In this document: piece after piece, positions 38,710 to 48,668 of the stretch
How positions within the stretch are numbered: the stretch's first letter is position 1
Layout of the letters: each line of letters opens with the position of its first letter
Assembly: GCA_020348925.1 (NCBI GenBank)
Contig: CP070758.1
Coordinates: 2,183,688 to 2,247,687 of the forward strand
Origin: Gemmatimonadota bacterium
GTDB lineage: Bacteria; JBHIER01; G020348925
Direction: 5' to 3'
Length of the DNA stretch: 64,000 bases
The notes under the pieces: model-generated
Databases searched by the model: none
What the model was told of the DNA's origin: nothing
Seen by the model: only the letters and a program-made list of their open reading frames with translations
Position numbers and translations under genes: made by a program

Positions 38710-39453
38710 TTAAATATACTGCCCTCCATCCACCTTAATCACTTCACCCGTAATATGCCGGGCTTTCTCCGAACACAAAAATGTGACGACCGTGGCCACA
38801 TCTCCCGGAGTACCCAACCGTTTGAGAACGGTCTCGTCGAGAGACGTCTGCTTGGCCTCCTCCGGCATCTGGGCCATCATATCGGTCAGGATGAGGCCCG
38901 GGGCGACGGCATTGACGTTCACCCCTGATTTCCCCAGCTCTTTGGCCACCGTTTTCGTCAACCCGATAATGCCCGCCTTTGAGGCCGAATAGTTGGACTG
39001 ACCGAATTTCCCCCTGAGACCGTTGATCGAGGTCAGATTCACGATCTTTCCGGACTTCTGTTCCCGAAAGAGGGGTGCCACCAACCGGATGAAATTAAAA
39101 TAGCCCTTGAGATTTGTGTTGAGCACTGTATCCCACTGCTCCTCCGTCATCTTCCAGATGACCCCGTCCCAGTTGATGCCGGCGTTGTTCACCAGAATGT
39201 CGATTCGGCCAAACTCCTTGAGCGCTGTATTGACCATGGTTTCAGCATCTGAGAACTTCGCCACATCGGCCTGAACGGCCGTGGCCTTTCGACCCATGGC
39301 CCTTATTTTTTCCGCCGCCGCCTCAGCTTCATCGGGATGTTTCCGATAGCTCAGGGCAACGTTCGCGCCGTTGGCACCCAAGTCCAAGGCGACTGCCGTG
39401 CCTATTCCCAAACTCCCACCGGTCACGATGGCCGATTTTCCTTCAAGATCCAT
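38710..39453 (-). CDS. SDR-family oxidoreductase (3-oxoacyl reductase / 3-hydroxyacyl-CoA dehydrogenase-like); likely start MDLEGKSAIVTGG
   Basis: TGGSLGIG Rossmann motif, NNAG, and the catalytic YxxxK (YSASKAG). Confidence 0.85.
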   Translation of the reverse strand: MDLEGKSAIVTGGSLGIGTAVALDLGANGANVALSYRKHPDEAEAAAEKIRAMGRKATAVQADVAKFSDAETMVNTALKEFGRIDILVNNAGINWDGVIWKMTEEQWDTVLNTNLKGYFNFIRLVAPLFREQKSGKIVNLTSINGLRGKFGQSNYSASKAGIIGLTKTVAKELGKSGVNVNAVAPGLILTDMMAQMPEEAKQTSLDETVLKRLGTPGDVATVVTFLCSEKARHITGEVIKVDGGQYI

Positions 39454-39539
39454 AACGACCTCCTTTCTCACCATTCTCGAGACTTCTTTTCCAAACTCTC
39501 TCGATCGTTGTCAGCTAAAAATTTCCTCATGGACTAATG

Positions 39540-39650
39540 AGCCGCAACTATCAGGTTGTCGTTGCGAGGAGGGTTGTGCGGAGCCCAGCATGACGAAGCA
39601 ATCTCTTCATGGCATGAGATTGCTTCGCTCAGCTCGCAATGACAGATTAT
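39540..39650. repeat. REP-like element of the same GTCATT...AATC family (GTCATTGCGAGCTGAGCGAAGCAATC on the minus strand)
   Basis: Sequence similarity to the cores at 12816 and 13210. Confidence 0.45.
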
Positions 39651-39714
39651 TGGGTATGTTTAACCAAAAAACCATAGATGTGATTGCCACCACAGTAAGA
39701 GGTTCAAACGCAAC

Positions 39715-40863
39715 TCATTTTTTATTAACATGTTGTGGCTTCGGGAGAACTTCTTCCATAAGCTCATCGTCAACGGCTCGCCCCTCAGCTAAGAGCTGGC
39801 GATATTTGATAAAATCGATAACGTCCACGCCCGTCATCTTCTTTGTATTGAAGGCATGAAATCCCAAAAATGCCTCGGTTGCCATATTGGCGGCCAGCCA
39901 GTGGCGATTGGCCAGTTTCGTCTGATCCCAGAAGAACTTTTTCTTCATACGGATGCCATCGATCGATTTTATCAGACAACCCGGCATGAGGTTGGTGAAG
40001 GTCCACACGATTTTGTCGACCTCCTTGTCCAGAAGCTCAAAATCGGTAGCGGCGGTCTTCAGAAAGTCCCTGGCTTTTTTCCCCTCTTCTCCCGTCACAA
40101 AATCGCCGTAGACAATCTCACCGTCCTCAAGATATGTATCAGTGATCACGGCGGGATTTCTGATAAATTGGCCATCCTGCTTGATAACCGGAGCAACCTT
40201 GCTCACCAGGCCCAGTCGCTTCATCTTGTAGGCGCTCCACAGCTCGCAGGAGACGCAGTTCCACATGGCATCCTCAATACCCAGAAACCAGGGCAGAAAA
40301 TCCGTGGAGCCTCCGTCAGGGGCCGAACCGTGTCTCGGTCCGGCCTGACCGAATATGGCCGTATCCGCTGCAACGGCGAGGTCGCAGGCCATGCCGATCT
40401 CCTGCCCACCCGCCACCCTCATTCCATTAACACGACAGATGGTCGGCTTCTTGCACATCAGTATGGCATCGACCATGCCATTGAAGAGGTCCATATACTG
40501 CCCGTACTCTTCGGGCTTTTTTGAATAATACTCGGCGTACTCCTTCGTGTTTCCACCGGTGCAAAAGGCCCTGTCCCCGACAGCCGTGAAGACCACGGCG
40601 ACCACACGTCGGTCCACGGAAGCCCTGTGGAATCCGGCGATCACGCCTTTGACCATCTCCGTCGTATACGAATTATACTGCTTCGGATTGTTCAGCGTAA
40701 TCCAGGCCGTTTTCAAGACATCGATTTCGTTTCCTTTATTGTCAATGATCGGCCGCAGCTCGTACATCGTACACGGCGGCTCGGTCCCGAAATGTTCGTC
40801 TCCCCAGAGCGTATGATCTTTTATCTCATGATCGCGCGGCAACCAATCCAAGGCCATTCCCAT
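39715..40863 (-). CDS. bamA: 6-oxocyclohex-1-ene-1-carbonyl-CoA hydrolase-like ring-cleaving crotonase (BamA/Oah-type), 382 aa
   Basis: Crotonase superfamily at the unusual length of about 380 aa. It contains QYNSYTT and QEIGMA, the peptide motifs targeted by the commonly used bamA degenerate primers. Confidence 0.65.
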   Translation of the reverse strand: MGMALDWLPRDHEIKDHTLWGDEHFGTEPPCTMYELRPIIDNKGNEIDVLKTAWITLNNPKQYNSYTTEMVKGVIAGFHRASVDRRVVAVVFTAVGDRAFCTGGNTKEYAEYYSKKPEEYGQYMDLFNGMVDAILMCKKPTICRVNGMRVAGGQEIGMACDLAVAADTAIFGQAGPRHGSAPDGGSTDFLPWFLGIEDAMWNCVSCELWSAYKMKRLGLVSKVAPVIKQDGQFIRNPAVITDTYLEDGEIVYGDFVTGEEGKKARDFLKTAATDFELLDKEVDKIVWTFTNLMPGCLIKSIDGIRMKKKFFWDQTKLANRHWLAANMATEAFLGFHAFNTKKMTGVDVIDFIKYRQLLAEGRAVDDELMEEVLPKPQHVNKK

Positions 40864-40951
40864 CCTCCTTTCTCCTAAGTTTCAGAATGTTTACGGATCA
40901 TATTTTCAACCAGGGTATGTCGTGCATCTTTTAATCATCCATTCGTCGGAT

Positions 40952-41761
40952 TCAATGCATGAATTGCTGCAACACATTCGTATGGTTTCGACAGAACTCG
41001 TACGGAGATTCCAACTGGGCGTGAATCATCTCTTTTTGCCAGTGTGCGTTGTAGAGCCTGCAATTCGGATCGTCGCAGAAAGGATCTCCGGTCATGTGAT
41101 AGAAGACCGCTTGCATTATATAACCCTTCAGAATCTCCGTCATCCTTTCATCGTTGTGCTCGACAAACTCTCCTCGAAACTGTTCCTGGAGTTGATACGT
41201 GTCACTCGACCGACCGATGGCAGCGAACTGTTGCTTCAACAGATAAAACGCTTTCGGCCTGGCCGGTCCTTCAATGACTCCGGTCGTTGAGATAACACAA
41301 GGCATTCCAAAGATAGCCACCCTGGCGTGATAGCGTCTATCGTTTGCGTCGTAGGTTCCAAGCAGCTGGTTCGAAAGAACAATGTGAAGGTGATCATGAT
41401 TCCGCTCTTCGTCAGGTATCCACTCCCAAAGGATTCTTAGGAATGTGACCCCGTCGTACAAAATCCCAAAGGGTTTCGATTCCGGCCTTCGAAGAAACTT
41501 TCGTTCGTAGTCAACCTCTGCCGGCAATGGCTTAAAAACAACCTCAGGTTTTTCAAGGCTTCGCACCTTACATCGGGCCAATCGCTCCGCCACCTCATTC
41601 ATCTCATCATCCTCACCGCTCAGTTGATGCCCAAAGAACTCGCCCCGAAGTGTAACCGGAATCCCTCCCATCCTTTGCCCAACATAGTCGATCAACTCCG
41701 AAGTATGAAGGGTTCCGGCGCTGGGAGCGTCATAGAGATGAACATGTTTTAAAATGTGCAT
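40952..41761 (-). CDS. Hypothetical protein (269 aa), no recognisable family
   Basis: Long ORF with coding-like composition, sitting in an operon-like array. Confidence 0.45.
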   Translation of the reverse strand: MHILKHVHLYDAPSAGTLHTSELIDYVGQRMGGIPVTLRGEFFGHQLSGEDDEMNEVAERLARCKVRSLEKPEVVFKPLPAEVDYERKFLRRPESKPFGILYDGVTFLRILWEWIPDEERNHDHLHIVLSNQLLGTYDANDRRYHARVAIFGMPCVISTTGVIEGPARPKAFYLLKQQFAAIGRSSDTYQLQEQFRGEFVEHNDERMTEILKGYIMQAVFYHMTGDPFCDDPNCRLYNAHWQKEMIHAQLESPYEFCRNHTNVLQQFMH

Positions 41762-41808
41762 TTCGTTTCTATGACGCAGAAAACCTGAGATCGAAACCGC
41801 AGGATCCT

Positions 41809-42585
41809 CTACATTTTTTCTTCGATGACCTCAGCCACCCTCTTCCCCGAGAGCAGCATGGCTCCGAAGGTCGGCCCCATCCGCGGCAGTCCGTACACGG
41901 TTGAAACGGCCATTCCACCGACAACAAGGCCGGGATGGACTTCACCTGTGTGCTCGACGACCAAATCCTCCGATCGCTCCACCCACATGGCTCCGAAGCC
42001 CACTGTCTTGACGAGACCTCTCTCCTCAAGCTTGCTCACAACGCAGGCATCGTGGCCCGTGGCATCGACCACCATCTTACACTCGATGGCCACGGGATCG
42101 ACGCACGTGATCTCCCTGGGCATAGCCGATATCGGGGTCCAGTTGATGACCACACCCCCCAACCGATTCTCTTCCCTGAGGACGACGTCATCGAAGAGGG
42201 TCATGTTCGCAACCTTCACCCCCGCATCACAGGCGGCCCCGATGAGCTTGGAGCACGCGTGGGGACCATCGGCCACGTACAAACCCTCCACGGCTTTCTC
42301 ATAAGGAACACCCAGCTCATCCAGTACCTTCTGAGCCGGATCACGGACGGTGACTTTATTCATCAGGTATCCACCGATCCAGAAACCGCCTCCCAGATAG
42401 TTGTTCCGCTCGATGATCAGAACTTTTCTCCCCTTTGATGACAGCTCCCTGCCTGCCATGAGACCGCACGGCCCGGCCCCAACAATGATGACATCGCTCT
42501 CAGCATATTCTGAGAACTGCTTTAAAAAACCACCCACAATGGCGCGGGTGACCTCTTTCTCTCCGACAGGTTTAAAAATTGGCAT
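41809..42585 (-). CDS. thi4: Thi4-family thiazole synthase (sulfide-dependent type likely)
   Basis: [21 protein letters not shown]-binding motif, ...VVDATGHDA..., and C-terminal ...[21 protein letters not shown]. Confidence 0.75.
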   Translation of the reverse strand: MPIFKPVGEKEVTRAIVGGFLKQFSEYAESDVIIVGAGPCGLMAGRELSSKGRKVLIIERNNYLGGGFWIGGYLMNKVTVRDPAQKVLDELGVPYEKAVEGLYVADGPHACSKLIGAACDAGVKVANMTLFDDVVLREENRLGGVVINWTPISAMPREITCVDPVAIECKMVVDATGHDACVVSKLEERGLVKTVGFGAMWVERSEDLVVEHTGEVHPGLVVGGMAVSTVYGLPRMGPTFGAMLLSGKRVAEVIEEKM

Positions 42586-42790
42586 AGCCTCACCACCCTC
42601 TTACGAAGTTTTGAATGAAAGATTGAAAAATCCAAAATTCAAAACTCAAAACGATTTTTGAATTACTTGTTTTATACCTCGACCCTCACGAGGGATTTTT
42701 CGGGCATCACTCTTTTTGGATAGTTACCCCTACTGAATAACCCCCCCATGTCACTTCTCGAAAAATTGAAACGGAATCCATGAGGCCGTA

Positions 42791-44002
42791 TTACAGTGCT
42801 TCCACCAGCAGCGCAATGCCCTGGCCGCCGCCGATACACATGGTCGAGATGCCGTAGCGCGCCTTTCTTCTGCGCAACTCCATAATGAGCTTGAAAGTCA
42901 AAATACAGCCTGTGGCTCCCAGCGGATGCCCCAGGGCAATAGCCCCGCCGTTGACGTTCACTTTGTTCCGGTCCAGCCCCAGTTCCCTTTCAACGGCCAC
43001 ATATTGAGGTGCAAAGGCTTCGTTGATCTCCCACAGATCGATGTCATCAATGGTCAGGCCGGCCTTCTCCAAGGCCATTCTCGAAGACGGGGCCGGACCG
43101 ATGCCCATGATCGTGGGATCGACAGCAGCTATTCCCCAGGAGACCAATCTGGCCAAAGGTGTCAGATTGTGCTCTTTTGCCTTCTCCATGGTCGTCACCA
43201 CAACCGCCGCCCCCCCATCGACAATACCGCTGGCGTTGCCCGCCGTAACGAGGCCACCTCTCCCGAAGGCCGGACGCAGCTTGGCCAACGCCTCGAGGGT
43301 TGTATCAGGTCGGCAATGGTCGTCCTCGTTTACGACGGTCACGTTGCCTTTGCGATCCGTAATCTCGACCGGGACCTTCTCCTCCTCAAACAGCCCTTTT
43401 TCAATAGCCGCGCTGCCCCTCTTCTGGGACTCTAAGGCGAACTGATCCGAATCCTCGCGGGTCACCCCGTATTTTCTCGCCAGCTTCTCGGCCGTCTGGG
43501 CCATAAACATACCGATGAGGGGATGGTTCAGGGATTGAAAGAGCACATCTTCCAACAAGACACCCGGCCCAAAACGCATGGGCGTTCCCCGAATACCGCG
43601 AACGGCATACGGCGTCTGGCTCATGGACTCCATACCACCGGCCAGCACAAAATCAGCTTCATCCAGCAAGATCATCTGAGTACCGGTGACGATCGCCTGC
43701 GCTCCTGACCCACAGATGCGATTCACAGTCAAAGCAGGCGTTTCAATTGGGATTCCCTCGATCCTCAAGCACACATCCCTGGCGCCGTAGAGTGCATCAA
43801 CGGCATCATGATTGGCATTCCCCATGACGACATGGTCGATCCATTCAGGCTTCACCTGAGACCGCTTAATCGCTGCCCTGCCTGCTATCGCACCCAGCTC
43901 GCACGCGCTGAAATCCTTCAATTTCCCGGCACCGGGGGTCCCGGCGTATTCGGCCATGGGTGTCCTGGCACCACCAACGATGACTATGTCTTTCTGGAGC
44001 AT
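42791..44002 (-). CDS. Acetyl-CoA C-acetyltransferase (thiolase); likely start MLQKDIVIVGGARTP after a GGAGGA RBS
   Basis: Thiolase N-terminus and C-terminal ...CIGGGQG... motif. Confidence 0.85.
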   Translation of the reverse strand: MLQKDIVIVGGARTPMAEYAGTPGAGKLKDFSACELGAIAGRAAIKRSQVKPEWIDHVVMGNANHDAVDALYGARDVCLRIEGIPIETPALTVNRICGSGAQAIVTGTQMILLDEADFVLAGGMESMSQTPYAVRGIRGTPMRFGPGVLLEDVLFQSLNHPLIGMFMAQTAEKLARKYGVTREDSDQFALESQKRGSAAIEKGLFEEEKVPVEITDRKGNVTVVNEDDHCRPDTTLEALAKLRPAFGRGGLVTAGNASGIVDGGAAVVVTTMEKAKEHNLTPLARLVSWGIAAVDPTIMGIGPAPSSRMALEKAGLTIDDIDLWEINEAFAPQYVAVERELGLDRNKVNVNGGAIALGHPLGATGCILTFKLIMELRRRKARYGISTMCIGGGQGIALLVEAL

Positions 44003-44028
44003 ACGTATTCCTCCTTGTCGTAATTTAT

Positions 44029-44301
44029 TCAAAACTTCCCAAAAAACATGGCAATCCCAATAATAACAAAAAGAACAGCCGCACCTTTGTGGACGTAAGC
44101 AACCGGAATAATTTTTGTGATCGTCTGACCGAAGGCGACGCCAATTGCTGTCACAATTGCCAAGGCAATAATGGCCCCGCAAAAGACAATGACAGGTCTT
44201 TGCGTCTTGGCCGTCATTGAAATAGCCACCAACTGCGTTTTGTCACCGAATTCGGCCAGTAGAAAAGCGACAAAAGTGGAGATAAGCACTTTCCAGTTCA
44301 T
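44029..44301 (-). CDS. UPF0016/GDT1-family small membrane protein (single-repeat form)
   Basis: E-x-G-D-K-T motif (LAEFGDKTQL) plus two further hydrophobic helices. Confidence 0.6.
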   Translation of the reverse strand: MNWKVLISTFVAFLLAEFGDKTQLVAISMTAKTQRPVIVFCGAIIALAIVTAIGVAFGQTITKIIPVAYVHKGAAVLFVIIGIAMFFGKF

Positions 44302-44376
44302 AAAAACCTCAGAATTGAAATGGTTCGACCCAAATTGGAAACGTTCGAAAATAACGTCCCGCATCCGTATGTCGGC

Positions 44377-45315
44377 CTAAGCCGGGATGGCTTCTCGCAC
44401 ATACGTCAGCCAGCCGTGTCGATCCTCCTTTTCACCGGATGTAATGGCAAAGAATTCTTCTTGAAGTTGCTTCGTAATAGTTCCGACCGATCCATCTCCG
44501 ACGGGAATTTTATCGATGTACCCGATGGGTGTAATCTCGGCCGCACTGCCTGTAAAAAAGACTTCGTCGGCGATATAGAGACCTTCTCTGGGGATAAGCT
44601 GCTCGACAACCTCGTATCCCAACTCTTTGGCAAGTGTTATAATCGAATCCCTGGTGATACCCGGTAGAACAGAGGCCCCAAGGGGTGGAGTGCACAGAAC
44701 GTCGTCGTTGACGATAAATATGTTTTCACCGCTCCCCTCACTGACATACCCATACACATCCAATGCGATCCCTTCCATGTAGCCATCCTTTACCGCTTCC
44801 ATTTTTATAAGTTGTGAATTCATGTAGTTGGCCCCGCATTTGGCCAAAGCCGGAAACGTATTCGGAGCCATCCGTGCCCAGGAGGACACCCTGACCGAAA
44901 CACCTTTGTCAAGTGCCCCCTCCCCCAAATATTGTCCCCATCCCCATACGGCGATGGTTACTTCCACAGGGCAATTGAAGGGATTGACCCCGACATCACC
45001 GTATCCTCTGTAAACGACAGGCCGGACGTAACACTCCTCCATCTTATTCACACGAATGGTCTCTAAACAAGCGTCAAGAATCTCCTGTTTCGCGTAGGGT
45101 ATCTCCATCCGATAAATCTTGCACGAATCATACAACCTATCAATGTGCTCTTGGAGGCGAAAACAGGCCGAACCTTTCTTCGTCTTGTAACAACGCAATC
45201 CCTCAAAAAGACTTGTTCCATAATGGATGACGTGGGATAGAATGTGGATGTTGGCATCATCCCAATTGACAAATTTCCCGCTCATCCAGATCTTTTCGGA
45301 CTTTTCAAACGGCAT
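44377..45315 (-). CDS. ilvE: Branched-chain amino acid aminotransferase (class IV aminotransferase)
   Basis: 312 aa. ...YGTSLFEGLRCY... and ...FFTGSAAEITPI... motifs. Confidence 0.85.
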   Translation of the reverse strand: MPFEKSEKIWMSGKFVNWDDANIHILSHVIHYGTSLFEGLRCYKTKKGSACFRLQEHIDRLYDSCKIYRMEIPYAKQEILDACLETIRVNKMEECYVRPVVYRGYGDVGVNPFNCPVEVTIAVWGWGQYLGEGALDKGVSVRVSSWARMAPNTFPALAKCGANYMNSQLIKMEAVKDGYMEGIALDVYGYVSEGSGENIFIVNDDVLCTPPLGASVLPGITRDSIITLAKELGYEVVEQLIPREGLYIADEVFFTGSAAEITPIGYIDKIPVGDGSVGTITKQLQEEFFAITSGEKEDRHGWLTYVREAIPA

Positions 45316-45356
45316 GAGCCTTCTCCTTTCCCAGAGGGTGAGAAACTCGTTTACGA

Positions 45357-46505
45357 CTATTTCAGAAGACTGGCAGCGATCACCATCCGCTGCACTTCAG
45401 AAGTGCCCTCATAAATCTCGGTAATCTTCGCATCCCTGAACAACCGCTCCACCGGATACTCTTTCATGTATCCGTATCCCCCATGGATTTGTATGGCCTT
45501 CGTTGTCGTCCTCATCGCCACTTCTGAAGCAAAAAGCTTGGCCATGGCCGCTTCCTTCGAATACCGTCCACCACTGTCCTTGGCCCGGGCCGCCTGGTGG
45601 ACCAGATGCCGGGCACCCTGAATCTCAGTCTCCATATCGGCCAGCATCCACTGAATAGCCTGAAATTCACAGATCGGCTTTCCGAACTGGGTGCGCTGTT
45701 TCGAATAGGCAATCGATTCATCAAGGGCGGCCTGGGCAATTCCCAGGGCCTGAGCAGCGATCCCAATTCTCCCTCCGTCGAGGGCATCCAGGGCGATCTT
45801 GAATCCCATTCCTTCTTCACCCAAGAGGTTCTCTTTGGGCACCTTGCAATCTTTGAAAACGAGCTCAGACGTATCACTGGCCCGAATACCGAGCTTGTTC
45901 TCCTTCTTTCCCACCTCGAAACCATCCCATTTCTTCTCAACGATGAAAGCATTGATGCCCTTGTACTTCTGTTCCTTGTCGGTCATGGCAAAAACCACCA
46001 CGGTATCCGACTTGCCCCCGTTGGTGACGAAGATCTTCGTACCATTAATAACGTAGTGATCTCCATCTCTAACGGCGGTGGTCTGCAGGTTCCCGGCATC
46101 GGAACCTGCGTCCGGCTCGGTTAAGGAAAAGGAACCCAGATGCGTTCCATTGGCCAAGGGAACGAGATATTTCTTCTTTTGCTCCTCGTTGCCGTATCTG
46201 AAAATCGGATGACACACGAGGGAGTTGTTTACCGACATGGTCACCCCACATGAAGCATCACCACGGGAAATCTCCTCCACGGCAATGACATAACTGACAG
46301 TGTCCATACCGGCACCGCCGTATTCCTCCGGGATCATCATGCCCATGAATCCCAATTCACCCATCTGTTTGACCTGTTTGGCCGGGAATTCCTCGGTTTC
46401 GTCTCGCTCTGCAGACTCCGGTTTTAACTCATTCTCAGCGAAATCTCTGGCAGTTTTTTTAATAAACTGCTGCTCCTCAGTCAGTCCAAATTCCAAAAGC
46501 CTCAC
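45357..46505 (-). CDS. Acyl-CoA dehydrogenase (short/branched-chain type)
   Basis: 382 aa. ACAD N/M/C domain motifs (...GSFSLTEPDAGSDAG..., ...YEGTSEVQRMVIA...). Confidence 0.9.
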   Translation of the reverse strand: MRLLEFGLTEEQQFIKKTARDFAENELKPESAERDETEEFPAKQVKQMGELGFMGMMIPEEYGGAGMDTVSYVIAVEEISRGDASCGVTMSVNNSLVCHPIFRYGNEEQKKKYLVPLANGTHLGSFSLTEPDAGSDAGNLQTTAVRDGDHYVINGTKIFVTNGGKSDTVVVFAMTDKEQKYKGINAFIVEKKWDGFEVGKKENKLGIRASDTSELVFKDCKVPKENLLGEEGMGFKIALDALDGGRIGIAAQALGIAQAALDESIAYSKQRTQFGKPICEFQAIQWMLADMETEIQGARHLVHQAARAKDSGGRYSKEAAMAKLFASEVAMRTTTKAIQIHGGYGYMKEYPVERLFRDAKITEIYEGTSEVQRMVIAASLLK

Positions 46506-46588
46506 CTCCTCATCGCTTCGATCATCATTGATCTTGTACTCATGACTTTGTTGCTTTTCGACTCTTCGACTTTTTTACATTTCGACTT

Positions 46589-47776
46589 TTAAACAATTTC
46601 AAGACTCATGGCTACGGCTCCGCCACCTCCAAGACACAGGGTGGCCAGACCTGTCTTGAGGCCGCGATCCTTCAAGGCATAAATCAACGTTGTCACCACC
46701 CGCGCCCCGCTGGCCCCGATGGGGTGGCCTAGAGCGATGGCTCCCCCGTGGACGTTGACCCGGTCCCAGTCCCAGCCGAGTCCTCTGCCGTCGGCCAGAC
46801 ACTGGGCAGCAAAGGCCTCGTTCGCCTCGATCAGATCGAAGTGGTTGATGTCCACACCCAGTTTTTCCATCAATTTCCCCACGGCCACAATAGGGGCAAA
46901 GAACACATCCTTGGGCTCCATGAAGCCGGAGGCATATCCCGTGATTTTGGCCATAGGCTGAATACCCAATGCCTCGGCTTTATCCGCTCCCATGACGACG
47001 ACGGCAGAGGCACCGTCGTTCAATCCAGGAGCATTTCCGGCCGTCACCATTCCGTCCTTTTGAAAGGCGGGCTTGAGTTTTGCCAATCCTTCGAGGGTCG
47101 TTTCCGCCCGCGGCGTCTCATCGGTGTCGATGACAAGAGGATCCCCTTTCCTCTGAGGAATCTCGACCGGCACGATTTCCTCTTTGAATTTCCCATCGCT
47201 CATCGCCTTGGCCGCCTTCATCTGGCTGTTGTAAGCGTACTCGTCAAGCTCCTCCCTCTTCAAGCCGGCCTTTTGAGCCGTATACTCCGCCAGATTTCCC
47301 ATGTGGACATTCTCGAAAGCGCACCACAAACCATCATAGATGAGGACATCGATCATCTTCTGATCGCCGAATTTCACTCCGTCCCGGATTTTCTTAACGA
47401 CGTACGGACACTGACTCATGGATTCCATACCACCACCAACGACGACGTCGGCCTCCCCAAGCTTGATCGCTTGGGCCCCGAAGACGATGGCCTTCAGGCC
47501 TGATCCACATACTTTGTTGATCGTGGTTGCAGGCACCTTCGCCGGCAGGCCACCTTTGAGTGTGGCCTGTCTGGCCGGTGACTGACCCAGACCGGCCTGA
47601 ACCACATTGCCCATGAACACCTCGTCGACCTGATCTGGCTCGATCCCGGATCTCACCACCGCCTCTTTGATGACAACACCGCCTAAATCTTGCGGCAAGA
47701 GTGACGAAAGACCGCCCAGGAACCGTCCGCTGGCTGTCCGACAACAACCGGTAATAACGACATCACGAGTCTCCAT
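46589..47776 (-). CDS. Acetyl-CoA C-acyltransferase (thiolase); likely start METRDVVITG after a GAGGAGGG RBS
   Basis: Thiolase motifs, with C-terminal ...CLGGGGAVAM. Confidence 0.85.
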   Translation of the reverse strand: METRDVVITGCCRTASGRFLGGLSSLLPQDLGGVVIKEAVVRSGIEPDQVDEVFMGNVVQAGLGQSPARQATLKGGLPAKVPATTINKVCGSGLKAIVFGAQAIKLGEADVVVGGGMESMSQCPYVVKKIRDGVKFGDQKMIDVLIYDGLWCAFENVHMGNLAEYTAQKAGLKREELDEYAYNSQMKAAKAMSDGKFKEEIVPVEIPQRKGDPLVIDTDETPRAETTLEGLAKLKPAFQKDGMVTAGNAPGLNDGASAVVVMGADKAEALGIQPMAKITGYASGFMEPKDVFFAPIVAVGKLMEKLGVDINHFDLIEANEAFAAQCLADGRGLGWDWDRVNVHGGAIALGHPIGASGARVVTTLIYALKDRGLKTGLATLCLGGGGAVAMSLEIV

Positions 47777-47813
47777 AAGCCCTCCTCGTTTTGGATTTTG
47801 GATTTTGGATAGT

Positions 47814-48665
47814 TTAATCATACTGAACCCTTTCCACCGTCTCGACAACCCACCTCCCTTCTCTCTCCCGCAGATACCCCATGCCAATCGCCGGAGAGTG
47901 GACGAAGACCAACAGCCACTCTTCTGCCAGGGCTTGATTGAGAATTCTTTCTTTTGCCTCTATTGTCTGCATCGGATACAGATCGTAGCTCATAATATAG
48001 GGAATTTTGATGTGTGAGGTCATGGGAACCAGATCTGCCAGAAAGAGGGCTGTTTTTCTATCAGATTCGATCTTCACGACCTGATGGCCCTCGGTGTGAC
48101 CGCCGGCGGGGATGACTCGGAGTCCATCGGTCACTTCTTCCTCTCCCTCAACGAGCCGAAGCAATCCATGTTCTTCCAAAGGAAGGAAATGCTCCCTTGA
48201 ATAATTGTTCTTCGTACGAATGTTGGGATGTAAGGCCGCCTCCCATTCAGCCCGCTGCAGAACATAGGTTGCCTTGGGGAAGGTCGGAATGAATCCCCCG
48301 CTGCCATCACCAACCGTATTCCAGCCGACGTGATCGAAATGGAGGTGGCTGCAAATAACAATATCGATGTCCTCAGGCTTCACACCGAGCATATGTAACC
48401 TATCCATGAGTGTCTTCGGCTGTACCACTCCGAAGATACCTTTTGACTTTGGCTCAAGCCTGTTCCCTATACCCGTTTCGATAAGAATGTTATTCTCTCC
48501 CGTACGAATCAATAAAGAATTCAGTCCCATAAGAATGCGATTGTTCTCATCAGGAGGATCGATTCTCTGCCACAGCATTTTCGGCACCACACCGTACATC
48601 GATCCCCCGTCCAACCGGAACGTCCCGTCGCTCAACAGATGGAGTTCGAATGTTCCAAGTTTCAT
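47814..48665 (-). CDS. MBL-fold metallo-hydrolase
   Basis: HxHxDH motif (SHLHFDHVGW). 283 aa. Confidence 0.8.
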   Translation of the reverse strand: MKLGTFELHLLSDGTFRLDGGSMYGVVPKMLWQRIDPPDENNRILMGLNSLLIRTGENNILIETGIGNRLEPKSKGIFGVVQPKTLMDRLHMLGVKPEDIDIVICSHLHFDHVGWNTVGDGSGGFIPTFPKATYVLQRAEWEAALHPNIRTKNNYSREHFLPLEEHGLLRLVEGEEEVTDGLRVIPAGGHTEGHQVVKIESDRKTALFLADLVPMTSHIKIPYIMSYDLYPMQTIEAKERILNQALAEEWLLVFVHSPAIGMGYLREREGRWVVETVERVQYD

Positions 48666-48668
48666 GAA

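Noticed and set aside
39856-40524. 222-aa plus-strand ORF
   Set aside because: Antisense to the bamA-like gene.
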